Source: Candidatus Heimdallarchaeota archaeon (GTDB lineage: Archaea; Asgardarchaeota; Heimdallarchaeia; JABLTI01). From it: a stretch of 64,000 bases of DNA. The stretch's first letter is position 1, and each line of letters opens with the position of its first letter. Both the position numbers and the translations under genes were made by a program. The notes under the pieces were generated by a model. The model was given only the letters and a program-made list of their open reading frames with translations. It was not told the origin of the DNA and ran no database searches. Where the stretch lies: NCBI GenBank assembly GCA_019058275.1, contig JAHLVW010000066.1, positions 128,001 through 192,000 of the forward strand. The letters are read 5' to 3'. Below are positions 39,194 to 49,325 of this stretch, in pieces.

Positions 39194-39676
39194 TTGAGTA
39201 ACAATAAGGGAACATATCTTCTTTTTTTAGAAGTAAAAGAAGACATTACGATCGAGATAGGTTCTCTTGAAAACAACCATTTCCAAGAGAGCAATTACAT
39301 TTATGTTGGATCAGCCCTAAGTCCAGGTCGTTTTAAAAAAAGGTTAGATCGTCATAAAAGGAAAGAAAAGAAGATTTTTTGACATATTGATTATCTTTTA
39401 GGAGATGAAAAATGTACAATTAAGGCTATTGGAAATTTAACTTCTGATGAGAAAATCGAATGTGTATTGAACTCAAACATAAGAACAATTTTTTCTGAAG
39501 ATGTAATTTATCCTATCAAAGGTTTTGGATCATCTGATTGTAAGTGCGAAAGCCATTTGTCATTAATTAGGAATTTAACTATTGAAAACATTATAGAAAC
39601 TATTCAAAAAAAACTTGATTTTCAATTGGATTTTGTAAAAGCTAAATCTTCAACTTTTAATCTCAGTAGTTCTTAA
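39194..39676 (+). pseudogene. GIY-YIG (DUF123) endonuclease with in-frame TGA
   Basis: KGTYLL, YIYVGSA, F*HIDYL (TGA at 39380-39382 in place of conserved Trp), GFGSSDCKCESHL in the same frame. Confidence 0.85.
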
Positions 39677-39753
39677 TGAGAACTCTTTTATTTCTTAAAC
39701 AATCTACAATAAATGCTGAAGTATTAGTATAAAAGCGAGATTTGGTTATTATA

Positions 39754-40323
39754 ATGTCTGAAGTTGATACAATAGTATATTTCAAAGAACCAGGAAAAGC
39801 TAATACAGAAAAAGCATTAAAATTAGCATATGAGTATTCAGAAGAATACAAAATCCCTAAAGTTGTGATTGCTACTTCTAAAGGTGCAACTGCATCTAAA
39901 GCATTAGATATTTTTACTGATCTAGAAAAACTAGTAGTTGTAACACATGTTTTTGGTTTTATCAAACCTGGCAAAAATGAAATGGACCAAGATTTATTGG
40001 AATTGCTAAAAAAGAAAAATATTGCAGTACTCACTACAACACATGCTTTTGCAGGAATAGATAGAGCAATTCGTAGAAAACTTGGGACTTGGCAAATCGC
40101 AGAATTAGTAGCTGAAGTGTACAGGACTTTTGGACAAGGAACAAAAGTTTGTGCAGAAATAGTACTAATGGCAGCTGATGCGGGACTAATTCCAATAGAT
40201 CAAGATGTTTTAGCTGTAGGCGGTACGGGACGTGGAGCTGATACAGTCTGGCAAATATCACCAGCAAATACATTTAACTTCTTAGACTTAAAAATGAAGA
40301 TATGTTTATGTAAACCAATGTAA
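39754..40323 (+). CDS. Pyruvate kinase C-terminal-like protein (MTH1675 family)
   Basis: YFKEPGKANT, VVVTH, FGQGTKVCAEI..MAADAG, GGTGRGADT. Confidence 0.85.
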   Translation: MSEVDTIVYFKEPGKANTEKALKLAYEYSEEYKIPKVVIATSKGATASKALDIFTDLEKLVVVTHVFGFIKPGKNEMDQDLLELLKKKNIAVLTTTHAFAGIDRAIRRKLGTWQIAELVAEVYRTFGQGTKVCAEIVLMAADAGLIPIDQDVLAVGGTGRGADTVWQISPANTFNFLDLKMKICLCKPM

Positions 40324-40326
40324 TGT

Positions 40327-40794
40327 CTAATGAAACCTTTCTGCTGCATTCTTCAAATAATCTCTAGCATTATCTCGAGAGCCTTGTTTAAGTATCATTT
40401 CTTTGAAATATTGATATTTATCATCAGTTAAATCGAATTTTTCTTTTAGTAGATTCTTAATTTCAGTTTCGGAATAGTCTCGAGGTAATTCAGCAATATA
40501 TTCTGCAACGTCAAGAATCGAAGCATCTTTCATAATTTCTTTTTTAGGTTCACCAAAAATTTGTTTTGAAAGAGTTTCATGGTCATCATTCCACGTTCGA
40601 ATAATTATTTCAAAATGCTCTCCACCTTGTTTCGGGAAAACTTGAATTTCTAAGGATCTATCGTCATTACGTAAACTATAACCAAAACAATCTTCTAAAC
40701 TATCTTTTTTTAACTCAACCCTTTCTTCAAATCTGTTTAGAAGAGTTTCTACCTCAGTATTGGAATTCAAATGAAAAACTAATTCCTTTACCAA
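40327..40794 (-). CDS. Hypothetical protein, apparent paralog of 43047-43496
   Basis: 155-aa ORF sharing pattern blocks with 43047-43496. Confidence 0.7.
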   Translation of the reverse strand: MVKELVFHLNSNTEVETLLNRFEERVELKKDSLEDCFGYSLRNDDRSLEIQVFPKQGGEHFEIIIRTWNDDHETLSKQIFGEPKKEIMKDASILDVAEYIAELPRDYSETEIKNLLKEKFDLTDDKYQYFKEMILKQGSRDNARDYLKNAAERFH

Positions 40795-40896
40795 ACAGTT
40801 TCACCAAAATCATATTCTTTAGGTCAATGCTATTATTTATCATTGGTTCATCCTTCTATTTAACTAATTAGGTATTTTTCATAAAAGCGCAATAAT

Positions 40897-40932
40897 AAAA
40901 AAAAAGTAGGAATTTGGAGAACCAAAATTCCT
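40897..40932 (-). terminator. Hairpin plus T9 tract after the PLD gene
   Basis: Minus strand AGGAATTTTGG-ttct-CCAAATTCCT followed by a T run. Confidence 0.65.
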
Positions 40933-40945
40933 TCTGTTTTATAGT

Positions 40946-42976
40946 TTAACGTTTTTTGATTCGTTTTAGAACTATTGTAACAACTGTTGATGAGAAAATT
41001 GATATGATAGCAATATAACCTGGTGATGTGGCTGTTGGTGTAACAGTTATGTAAACTAATCCTGGATTTGGAGTATCTGCAATGAAATCAACAGAGCAAT
41101 CATCAGTATCATGGTTTGCAGGATCTCTTTGTATACTCAAGGTTTCATCAATAGTTCCAGTCCATGGTATTACTCCTGTATATGATCCAGAACCCCAAAC
41201 AACAGCATCAACATTTCCATGTGGACCATTGAGTATAAGTTCATCACCGGAATTACCTAATAGTAACCCCTCATAAACAAAATCATATGCAGGAGAAGTG
41301 TCACCTAAATCATTCATTTCGGTTGTATAAGCAGCTGAATCTCGAACGAAAACTAGAATATCTTCAGCAGAAAATGTTGTGCCATCAGGTATAGTATATA
41401 TGTCTTCACCATCTGTTACTTCCCATCCACCAATAGCTACATCAAAACTAAAGCCATTATATAACTCAAAGAATTCACCATCAGGTTCTGTTACAGCATC
41501 AAAGCGAACCTCTGAAATAAGTAAATGCCACCAATCCAAATTAACAATATTGAAATCGTATTCGTCAATTACTGGATCTCCAACAGTAGGAGTTCCTATT
41601 ACCTTAATTTGATGTATACCATCGTCATAAGCAGTTGTATCAAGATTAAAGGTTTCTGAACCATCTGGTATGGACCAAGTGTGCACTAAAACATTATCAA
41701 TGTATAATGTTCCTGAAGTGAAAGGTCCAATATAGAATCCTGCTTCAATTTCAAAAGCATTATCAATTACAGTGTTAGGTAATGGTTTGATGATTTCAAC
41801 TTCAGGTAGAAATCCTGAAGGTATTTCGGTATAATTCTCCCAATCCCACTCGAATACATCTCCCAAATAACTAGCAATCTTAGTATTTTTTACAATAGCT
41901 CCTGCTTCTCGATTTTCCCATACTGAACCATTTGACCAATTAATACTTGAGACGGAAACATACTCCCCATCTACTCGTAAGAATTTATTATGATTATAAA
42001 GACTTTTAGAGAACCTGACTTCAATGCCATTTTGTAAAAGCAACTCCGTAACATTTTTTGAAGCTGTAGTTGGCTCTGGATATATCACTCTTACATCTAT
42101 TCCACTAATTGCTGCATCTATTAAATCGTATGTTAAATCACATGTATGTGTTAAATACTGTTGTTGTACATCAATTGTTGAAGTTGCATTTTCAATTAAG
42201 GATGATAGCATTGCATAACTATTGTTTGGTGAGAAAATAGGTATGACTTCCATGTATTCTGTAATAGATAAAGGATTAACTTTAACAGGTACATATGTAC
42301 CAGAGCTTTCACTAGGTAATGTATAATCAGGATCTGTCCCTGAATAAGCTGTTGCTTTTCCATAATCTTCCCAAAAAATATCTTCATAGATGGTAGCAAT
42401 ATCAGTATCATCAAACATCAAACCCATTTCTCTATTTTCACGTGCACCTGTATCAGCTGGCATACTTGTAGGTGCCCAATTACCTGAATAAACATAGGTA
42501 TATTGTGAATCTACAACCCAGAATTTTGCATGTGTAAAATCATAATTTAGTGTTGTCCATAGTACTTCAATATCAAAACTGCTTAGTTGAAAAGCTGCTT
42601 CCTCAGTATAATCATCCTCATATCCATTGACATGGTCTTGTTCCAGAAGAACAATTACATCTACACTATTTGTCTCTTTAGCATAAATCAAAGAATTAAT
42701 CAAATTTTGACTTGAAAGAGTGTAAACTTCAAGATAAAACGTAGATGTAGCTCCATGAATAGAAGCATTCACTACATCAAATACATTATCAGGACCTACA
42801 AAGGCTTTTGTAGGAATTGTACCTTTGACTTTTTCTGTAAAATTTTCAATAGCATAATTCTCTATATCTAGAGGATTTTCACATGCGCTCACATTCTCTT
42901 TTTTCATCCAAGTAGAAGTAAAAGGCAGCAATAAAAAGCTGACTGTTACAACTAACAAAAACTTTCTATTCATCAT
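40946..42976 (-). CDS. Secreted phospholipase D-family protein with Ig-like and lamin-tail domains and a C-terminal sorting signal
   Basis: Two HKD motifs (HAKFWVVD, HNKFLRVD), LTD (ISEV..D....EFFELYN...GW.VTD), Thr-rich linker + PGY + TM + KRIKKR. Confidence 0.88.
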   Translation of the reverse strand: MMNRKFLLVVTVSFLLLPFTSTWMKKENVSACENPLDIENYAIENFTEKVKGTIPTKAFVGPDNVFDVVNASIHGATSTFYLEVYTLSSQNLINSLIYAKETNSVDVIVLLEQDHVNGYEDDYTEEAAFQLSSFDIEVLWTTLNYDFTHAKFWVVDSQYTYVYSGNWAPTSMPADTGARENREMGLMFDDTDIATIYEDIFWEDYGKATAYSGTDPDYTLPSESSGTYVPVKVNPLSITEYMEVIPIFSPNNSYAMLSSLIENATSTIDVQQQYLTHTCDLTYDLIDAAISGIDVRVIYPEPTTASKNVTELLLQNGIEVRFSKSLYNHNKFLRVDGEYVSVSSINWSNGSVWENREAGAIVKNTKIASYLGDVFEWDWENYTEIPSGFLPEVEIIKPLPNTVIDNAFEIEAGFYIGPFTSGTLYIDNVLVHTWSIPDGSETFNLDTTAYDDGIHQIKVIGTPTVGDPVIDEYDFNIVNLDWWHLLISEVRFDAVTEPDGEFFELYNGFSFDVAIGGWEVTDGEDIYTIPDGTTFSAEDILVFVRDSAAYTTEMNDLGDTSPAYDFVYEGLLLGNSGDELILNGPHGNVDAVVWGSGSYTGVIPWTGTIDETLSIQRDPANHDTDDCSVDFIADTPNPGLVYITVTPTATSPGYIAIISIFSSTVVTIVLKRIKKR

Positions 42977-43046
42977 AATACTTAGTAAAATGTTTTGTTT
43001 TTAAATATGTATTTGTAGAAAAAATAAAAGAAAATCAATTTATTAA

Positions 43047-43496
43047 TTACTTGCTAAGAATTTCATATACATCAAGAATTGCTTGAGGTCCATGTCCTCT
43101 TTTACCAAATCGTTCTAATTGCTTATAGTATTGTTGAAATTCATCATCTTCAATATCTAATATATCATTGATTTCTTCTTTACTTTTGGTTTTAATTTCA
43201 GGAATACTCATTACTTCTTTAGCAAAATCATTCAAACTTAATTTTTCTTGACTAATTTTGATAGGATTTCCTATTATTCCATTTATAAAAGTAATATCTT
43301 CATTAGAAGCACCTTTAATTCTCAAGACGTATTTAGTTTCATCCACTCTTTGTATAATTCTAATTTCAGATGGAACAGAAATAATTTTTGTTGTATCATC
43401 TTCAAGAGTTTTTACTATTGTTCCAAATTTTTCTGCTATTTTCACTAACATTGATTCAATATCACTATCTTTTGGGAGTTCATATTGTGCTTTCAT
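43047..43496 (-). CDS. Hypothetical protein, apparent paralog of 40327-40794
   Basis: 149-aa ORF sharing pattern blocks with 40327-40794. Confidence 0.7.
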   Translation of the reverse strand: MKAQYELPKDSDIESMLVKIAEKFGTIVKTLEDDTTKIISVPSEIRIIQRVDETKYVLRIKGASNEDITFINGIIGNPIKISQEKLSLNDFAKEVMSIPEIKTKSKEEINDILDIEDDEFQQYYKQLERFGKRGHGPQAILDVYEILSK

Positions 43497-43554
43497 ACAA
43501 TATTTAACTCACAAGTCTTTTTATAGCTATCTTTAGGAGAAAAACTATGCACTT

Positions 43555-44673
43555 TTAGAATAAATCCTTTACTGATAATTCGATAGCTTTTACGAAATCA
43601 TCTGGAGTTACAAATGGTATATCTATGTTTTCTGATTGATAGACTTGAGCAACATTAGAATAGATGTGCTTAGGGTTTACAAGCTTACCAATTAATGCAT
43701 TCTCTATTAGTTCTGGAGCATTCATTGGATTAGCTGAAAAATCACCACTAATCATAACATCTTTGAAGAACTCATTTTCGACCTCAAAGAATACTCGAAT
43801 AAGTCCTCCTTGAGCTTTGTAAACAGATTCATAGATTTGAGTTGATGCAGAAATTTTGACTTTACGTTTCTCCATTAGCTCTGATCTTCGATGATCTGCT
43901 ATGTTTAACCATTCATCACTTCTATAACATTCAAGAAGCCCGTCATTTATTTCTTGTTCTCTTGGTGAAAACTTGTTATCTATTTTGAACTTCACATCTA
44001 GGACTTTCTCAAAATCCTCAATCAATATTTTCTTGACATCTTGCCTGTCTGGTAGATTTTCGAGAAAACCTTTTATAGTTCCTAATCGTTCTTTCAAACT
44101 TGAAGCTATTTTATCTCTGAATTTTTCATTGGGAACTTTCAAGATTTTAGACATTTCCTCAACATTAAAATCAAAAATCAAATTGCCAGTAAGAATACGT
44201 CCACCACCTACTTCAGCAGCACCATTACCGGAGATTTTCTTACCATCAGCTACAATATCATTAACCGGGGCATATTGAGCATCAATGCCAATTTGCCTGT
44301 AAGTATTGATTGGTGCTTGGAGTATTTTTTCATATAATTCGCTAACATTTCTAGGAATTTTTTTACTGTCTAAACGAGAAATGACTTGATAGAAAAGCTG
44401 TCCACTATCAAGATAAACTGCTCCACCACCAAGAGGTCTTCGAACGATCGGGATATTGTTCTTCTTGCAATAATCAGTATCAACTTCTTCCTCGATTATT
44501 TGATGATACCCTACACATACAACAGGATCTTTGGGCCAACATATGATTATCGTATTCTCAATATCATCATATTTTTCCATTGCTAATCCTACAGTGTGAT
44601 AAACAGTTTGAGATTCAATACCTGGTAATCCATCAAATTCCAAAAGACGCCATTCTTCAATCATAATAAACAA
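43555..44673 (-). CDS. lplA: Lipoate-protein ligase A
   Basis: VRRPLGGGAVYLD, NDI...GKKISGNG, C-terminal GGLIR..ISGDF domain. Confidence 0.9.
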   Translation of the reverse strand: MFIMIEEWRLLEFDGLPGIESQTVYHTVGLAMEKYDDIENTIIICWPKDPVVCVGYHQIIEEEVDTDYCKKNNIPIVRRPLGGGAVYLDSGQLFYQVISRLDSKKIPRNVSELYEKILQAPINTYRQIGIDAQYAPVNDIVADGKKISGNGAAEVGGGRILTGNLIFDFNVEEMSKILKVPNEKFRDKIASSLKERLGTIKGFLENLPDRQDVKKILIEDFEKVLDVKFKIDNKFSPREQEINDGLLECYRSDEWLNIADHRRSELMEKRKVKISASTQIYESVYKAQGGLIRVFFEVENEFFKDVMISGDFSANPMNAPELIENALIGKLVNPKHIYSNVAQVYQSENIDIPFVTPDDFVKAIELSVKDLF

Positions 44674-44782
44674 CCATCATTCTTGTTTCTGTTTTGTTTT
44701 AATTATATAGCTAATTAATTTTTCCAAATGACTTTTAAAACTAATATGCTTTAGAAAATGTAAAGCTTTCTTTGGGATTAAG

Positions 44783-45148
44783 ATGAAAATAGAGAAAACT
44801 AAATTTGGTTCGATAACCATTGATGGTATCAAATACAAACATGATATATACATCAACGTTGATGGTTCTATCTCTAAGAGAAAAAAAGAATTATCAAGAC
44901 CAATTAGTAAAGGTCATACTGTTTTAGGACCTTTAGAAATACAGCATCTACTAGATCAAAAACCAGATACTCTTGTTATTGGAAAGGGACAATATGGAGT
45001 TTTACCAATGCCTGAAGAATCACACAAATTACTTGAAAAATCTAAAATCATAGTTATTAAAGATAAAACTCCAGTTGTTATACATTTGTTAAATAAATTG
45101 GTTGAGGAAAAAGCTAAGGTTGTAGCAATATTGCATCTAACTTGCTAA
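44783..45148 (+). CDS. Mth938-like domain protein
   Basis: FGSITIDG..Y.HDI, VIGKGQYG, C-terminal HLTC. Confidence 0.9.
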   Translation: MKIEKTKFGSITIDGIKYKHDIYINVDGSISKRKKELSRPISKGHTVLGPLEIQHLLDQKPDTLVIGKGQYGVLPMPEESHKLLEKSKIIVIKDKTPVVIHLLNKLVEEKAKVVAILHLTC

Positions 45149-45239
45149 GGTCTCATGAGAAATTTTCATACTTGAAGTGTAATATCTAAATAATTGAAAT
45201 GCACTAATGGTTATTAGATAAGAACTGAGGTAAAATATT

Positions 45240-46442
45240 ATGATCTCAACAACCGAGTTAACTGAAAAGGTTTTCACAATTAGAGATCCAAGTTATACTA
45301 AAGTTACCTCGCCAAAAATTATTGCTGCTGAAAAGAGAATAAACAAGTTTCTGAAACGTAAGGATGTTGAATCAACTGCAACACCCAACAATGATGGAGA
45401 AATACTAGTTTTATTCATCCATGGATTTGCTGCATCCAAGTACTGCTGGTTAGATCCAGATATTGGTAACATGGGTTGGGTAAAGGATTGCAAGAATGAT
45501 CCTGAACACATTGATTTTGGTTGGCATGCTTTACCACCTCCACCATATATTCCTGTTGCTTGGACAATGTCTGAGCAGCTTGTTCCAATCGGTGCTACAC
45601 AAATAATGGATAAAAATGGAATAGAATGGCTTACATATTCACAAGAATCAGCATTCGGTGATATTGAGGTTTCAGTAAAAGAATTAGATACAGTTCTAAA
45701 AGCAATTAAGGAAATCTATGGAAATAGAAGAATAATCATTATTGCTCATTCTCGAGGAGGATTACTTTCTAAAAGATATCTTGACATTGCAGAGAAAACT
45801 AACATAGAAAAATTAGTAACTTTTGGAACACCATATGGTGGTTCATTCATGTCTGCTTTTGAATTATTTAGACTTCCCTCTAAACATTTTTTGAATAGAG
45901 TGAAAACTGCAAGAAAGCTATGGGATGTTTCTCAAGAAAGGAAAGTTGAATCTATTGCAACAAAACAGCTAGCTCCAGATTCTGATTTCCTCAATGAACT
46001 TTCAGCATCAGGGTGCAGAGATGATGTAAAATATGTTAATGTTGCTGGAACATCATCACTCATATCTTACATCTATGCTTGGAGATGGAAGACATCCTCA
46101 CTTAAACCAAAATACAAAATAGCAAAACAAAAAATGAATGAACGTAAAAAACTAATAGATCAGAAACAACCAATTATCGATTGGTATAATTTACCAAGTA
46201 ATTATCTACTTCATCCTTTTAATTGGTTGTTGGAAGCAAGAAAAATCATGCAGATTTATCCTAAAATTGGTTATCATGAAGTATTGCAGGGAGATGGAGC
46301 AGTCTCAATAAAGAGTGCATTAATGTCCAATGAAGAAGTAAAGCATTATATCATAGATAAAAATCATGTTGATATGACTTGTTCAAAACCAGGTTATGAA
46401 ATAATGATTAGAGAAGTTAATGAAAGTATAAACGACAAATGA
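45240..46442 (+). CDS. Alpha/beta hydrolase (lipase/PGAP1-like)
   Basis: FIHGF, nucleophile AHSRGG, GTPYGGS, GDGAV, NH. Confidence 0.85.
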   Translation: MISTTELTEKVFTIRDPSYTKVTSPKIIAAEKRINKFLKRKDVESTATPNNDGEILVLFIHGFAASKYCWLDPDIGNMGWVKDCKNDPEHIDFGWHALPPPPYIPVAWTMSEQLVPIGATQIMDKNGIEWLTYSQESAFGDIEVSVKELDTVLKAIKEIYGNRRIIIIAHSRGGLLSKRYLDIAEKTNIEKLVTFGTPYGGSFMSAFELFRLPSKHFLNRVKTARKLWDVSQERKVESIATKQLAPDSDFLNELSASGCRDDVKYVNVAGTSSLISYIYAWRWKTSSLKPKYKIAKQKMNERKKLIDQKQPIIDWYNLPSNYLLHPFNWLLEARKIMQIYPKIGYHEVLQGDGAVSIKSALMSNEEVKHYIIDKNHVDMTCSKPGYEIMIREVNESINDK

Positions 46443-46539
46443 TATCGTGCAAGGCTTAAACTCAAGATTTGTTATCAGAAGTAGCATACAAATTTTATAA
46501 TGGACATTTAAGAGAAAAAGATGTGAGAAATAAAATTCA

Positions 46540-47547
46540 GTGGATGGAAAGGAATTGGTCGATAACAAATCTGTAAAAATCAAGAAGGTTGGATTGTTTA
46601 GAATACTTAGTTTTACAGATTTGAATATGCAAATACATCGCAAGGATCCGATTTTTAGGGAAGCATCAGATTCTACTTGGAAAAGTATCAAATTCTTTAC
46701 AAATTTTACATTGAAGGTGTTAAAACAGTCAAAGTATCATCTAATTGTAGACAATAAAGTTGCTGGTGCTCTTGCATTAGAGAAGAAAGGTAATTCCATT
46801 TTTGTTTATGCTATTGGTGTAAAAGAAGAATATAGACGTCAAGGATATGGTTCATATCTCATGCAATTTACTGAGCAATTTGCAAAAAAACATAATAAGG
46901 CCTATGTTTGTTTTTCAGTACTTTTAGAAAATAAACCTGCTATTGCAATGTATAATAAACTGGATTACAAATCATTGGGTATAGGTTTAACTTTAGTTCG
47001 AACATTTTTATGGAAACTTGAAGATAAAATGCCTTCTGAACACAATCTCAAAATAGGATTTAGGAAAATAGAAAATCAAAAAGAAGTTAAAGAGAAAACC
47101 TATCATTGGTGGACTGAGGAAATTGAAGCTTTTGCTGGTATGGAAGCTTGTGAACTTGCCAAAAAAGATTCTTTATTGGAACTTGATCTTAAAGCAGAAT
47201 GGTCTGTTTATGAAATAATCACTGATAATGTTGCATCGGGAGTTTTAGCGATTCTTCCTTCTGATTTATTTCAATCTATAGTTTTGTTCTCTGATCCATC
47301 CAGAACTTGGAATCAAGATTGGTCATTTGCATTCATATCTACACTACAAATACAAAAACTCATAGCTCTAAATCAAAATAGAAAAGTGACTGATAGCAGT
47401 AAGCAATTTAAATTAAACAATTCTTCGATTTTACAATTCTTCTTAACACAACAGCACAAAGATAATATGATAGCAAGTTTGGGTAGTTCAAATCTTTCAC
47501 ATAATTCAAATGAGGATAGACAGATTTTATACAAAAAAATAGTTTAA
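46540..47547 (+). CDS. GNAT acetyltransferase with C-terminal extension
   Basis: GVKEEYRRQGYG, N.PAIAMY. Confidence 0.8.
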   Translation: MDGKELVDNKSVKIKKVGLFRILSFTDLNMQIHRKDPIFREASDSTWKSIKFFTNFTLKVLKQSKYHLIVDNKVAGALALEKKGNSIFVYAIGVKEEYRRQGYGSYLMQFTEQFAKKHNKAYVCFSVLLENKPAIAMYNKLDYKSLGIGLTLVRTFLWKLEDKMPSEHNLKIGFRKIENQKEVKEKTYHWWTEEIEAFAGMEACELAKKDSLLELDLKAEWSVYEIITDNVASGVLAILPSDLFQSIVLFSDPSRTWNQDWSFAFISTLQIQKLIALNQNRKVTDSSKQFKLNNSSILQFFLTQQHKDNMIASLGSSNLSHNSNEDRQILYKKIV

Positions 47548-47654
47548 GTAACTAAAGAATTAAAAACTATTGAAATAAAACAACTGACCATCAGAAATAC
47601 ATAAACTGATATTAAATACAATTAGTTATCATCTTTATAGTTTGGTGCTAAGTT

Positions 47655-48278
47655 ATGAGTGATACATCTTCAAATAACTTCTTAACAGAAAGAAATGGTG
47701 AACAGATCTTAAAACACTCAACCAGGAGAAGAATTCTTGAATTAGTATTTATGTTAATCTTTCTTGCTGTAGGAGTGATGGCTATTGTATTTGGAGCAAT
47801 TTTTACAGATCAAAGCAATTTTTTCAGAATAGCATTAATTATATTGGGATGCATAATCGCTTTGATTTATTTAGAATCTTTCATATCAATAATGCTAAAC
47901 AAAATCATAGTTAGTTCTGAAGGTATAAAATTAAGAAGTTTTTTCAGATGGAACGTTGTTTCTTGGGTAGAAATAGAATCATTTGAAGCAGAAAGAAAAG
48001 GTACAAAACCAACCAAAGAAGGAATGGATACCAGATATTCTTCAATGCAAATCAACACAGTTAGCGGAGAACAAATCTTATTCCCAATATTTCGATTTAG
48101 ACCACAAGAAGCAGAGATAATAATTGCTGTTATAAAGGAAACATATAAACAAACTCAAAGCAAAAGATTACTCGAAGAAGTTGTAAAACCAAAATCCCCT
48201 GATCCTCCAATTACTAATGAAGAAATTGAAAAACAAATTCCTCCAAAAGTAAATGAAAATGAAATTGAAGTTGATTAG
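47655..48278 (+). CDS. Two-TM membrane protein with probable bacterial-type PH domain
   Basis: Two TM helices followed by IIVSSEGI....F....VSW.EI. Confidence 0.65.
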   Translation: MSDTSSNNFLTERNGEQILKHSTRRRILELVFMLIFLAVGVMAIVFGAIFTDQSNFFRIALIILGCIIALIYLESFISIMLNKIIVSSEGIKLRSFFRWNVVSWVEIESFEAERKGTKPTKEGMDTRYSSMQINTVSGEQILFPIFRFRPQEAEIIIAVIKETYKQTQSKRLLEEVVKPKSPDPPITNEEIEKQIPPKVNENEIEVD

Positions 48279-48291
48279 AATCTTCTTTTTT

Positions 48292-49299
48292 CTACATGAT
48301 TAAGTAACTACAAATGACAATCCATTCACTGGAATGATCATATGATTTTATGTCTTCACTAAATTTCACCATACGAAGAATTGCTGATCTTATATGAAAT
48401 CCATAATTGTTAATTAGATGTTGATATGCTAACCAGTAGCTAGAGTTTATGCTTAATCTCACACCTACTTTTCCGTGTTCCTCACCATATTGCTCACAGA
48501 TATAAAGAAGATAATCTAAAACCATCGGATTTTTTATGTCCTTATCAATCACCAGGTTCTTGATTTCAAGATAAGGCTCACTTTGATCATTATCATGCCT
48601 TACAAATGTCCTACAAACAGCATAGCCAATAATGAATCCTTCACGTTTAAGTAAAATTGTTTCACCAAAATTATATTCATCACCAATAATTATTTCTGAT
48701 TTATGATCTAATCCATTTACAATATTACTTGATAACCAATTCATTCTTGTAAAAGCATCTTCTTTATTTTCTTCTTGAGAGAAATAAACAACTTCAAGAT
48801 CATATGCTTCTGCAAATTCCTTCATTGCAACTGTTTTCTTTGACGTAACAGTAATTGGTTTATTTAATCGAATAGTTAGAAAAGCAGGTTTGAATCCCAA
48901 TTTACTATACAACCCAATATTAGAACTGCTATCCGGCATTGTTTCCAGACATAAGGTTGTAACATTTTTTTTCTTGTCTAAATACTTAATAGCCTTTAAC
49001 ATTAATTCCTTTCCAATACCTTTCTCTTGAAAATCTGGGTGAACACCAAAAGTACCTATCCAACCAAATTTTCCCCAAACATGTGTAAATATAGCACCAA
49101 TTACTTGCGTTCTCTCTAAAGCTACAAAACATCCCTCAGATTCAATATCCAAATAGGGATAAAAACATTCAGGTTTGCGTTTACGACTTCGAGATCTTCC
49201 TCTCCTTTTCAAAAACCAATCACTAAAAGCTGCTGTAAGAACTTCAATTACATGAGGAATATGTTTCTTTTGCATACGAGAGATTCTCATTTTAATCAA
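48292..49299 (-). CDS. Tandem GNAT acetyltransferase
   Basis: GVHPDFQEKGIG, GLYSKLGF. Confidence 0.85.
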   Translation of the reverse strand: MIKMRISRMQKKHIPHVIEVLTAAFSDWFLKRRGRSRSRKRKPECFYPYLDIESEGCFVALERTQVIGAIFTHVWGKFGWIGTFGVHPDFQEKGIGKELMLKAIKYLDKKKNVTTLCLETMPDSSSNIGLYSKLGFKPAFLTIRLNKPITVTSKKTVAMKEFAEAYDLEVVYFSQEENKEDAFTRMNWLSSNIVNGLDHKSEIIIGDEYNFGETILLKREGFIIGYAVCRTFVRHDNDQSEPYLEIKNLVIDKDIKNPMVLDYLLYICEQYGEEHGKVGVRLSINSSYWLAYQHLINNYGFHIRSAILRMVKFSEDIKSYDHSSEWIVICSYLIM

Positions 49300-49325
49300 C
49301 CTTGGAATTTTTTCTTATAGTGTTG

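Noticed and set aside
33521-39382. Genome-wide stop-codon reassignment (TAG=Pyl, TGA=Trp/Sec)
   Set aside because: TAG and TGA both terminate conserved full-length genes in this window; the interrupted genes use all three stops and also carry indels.
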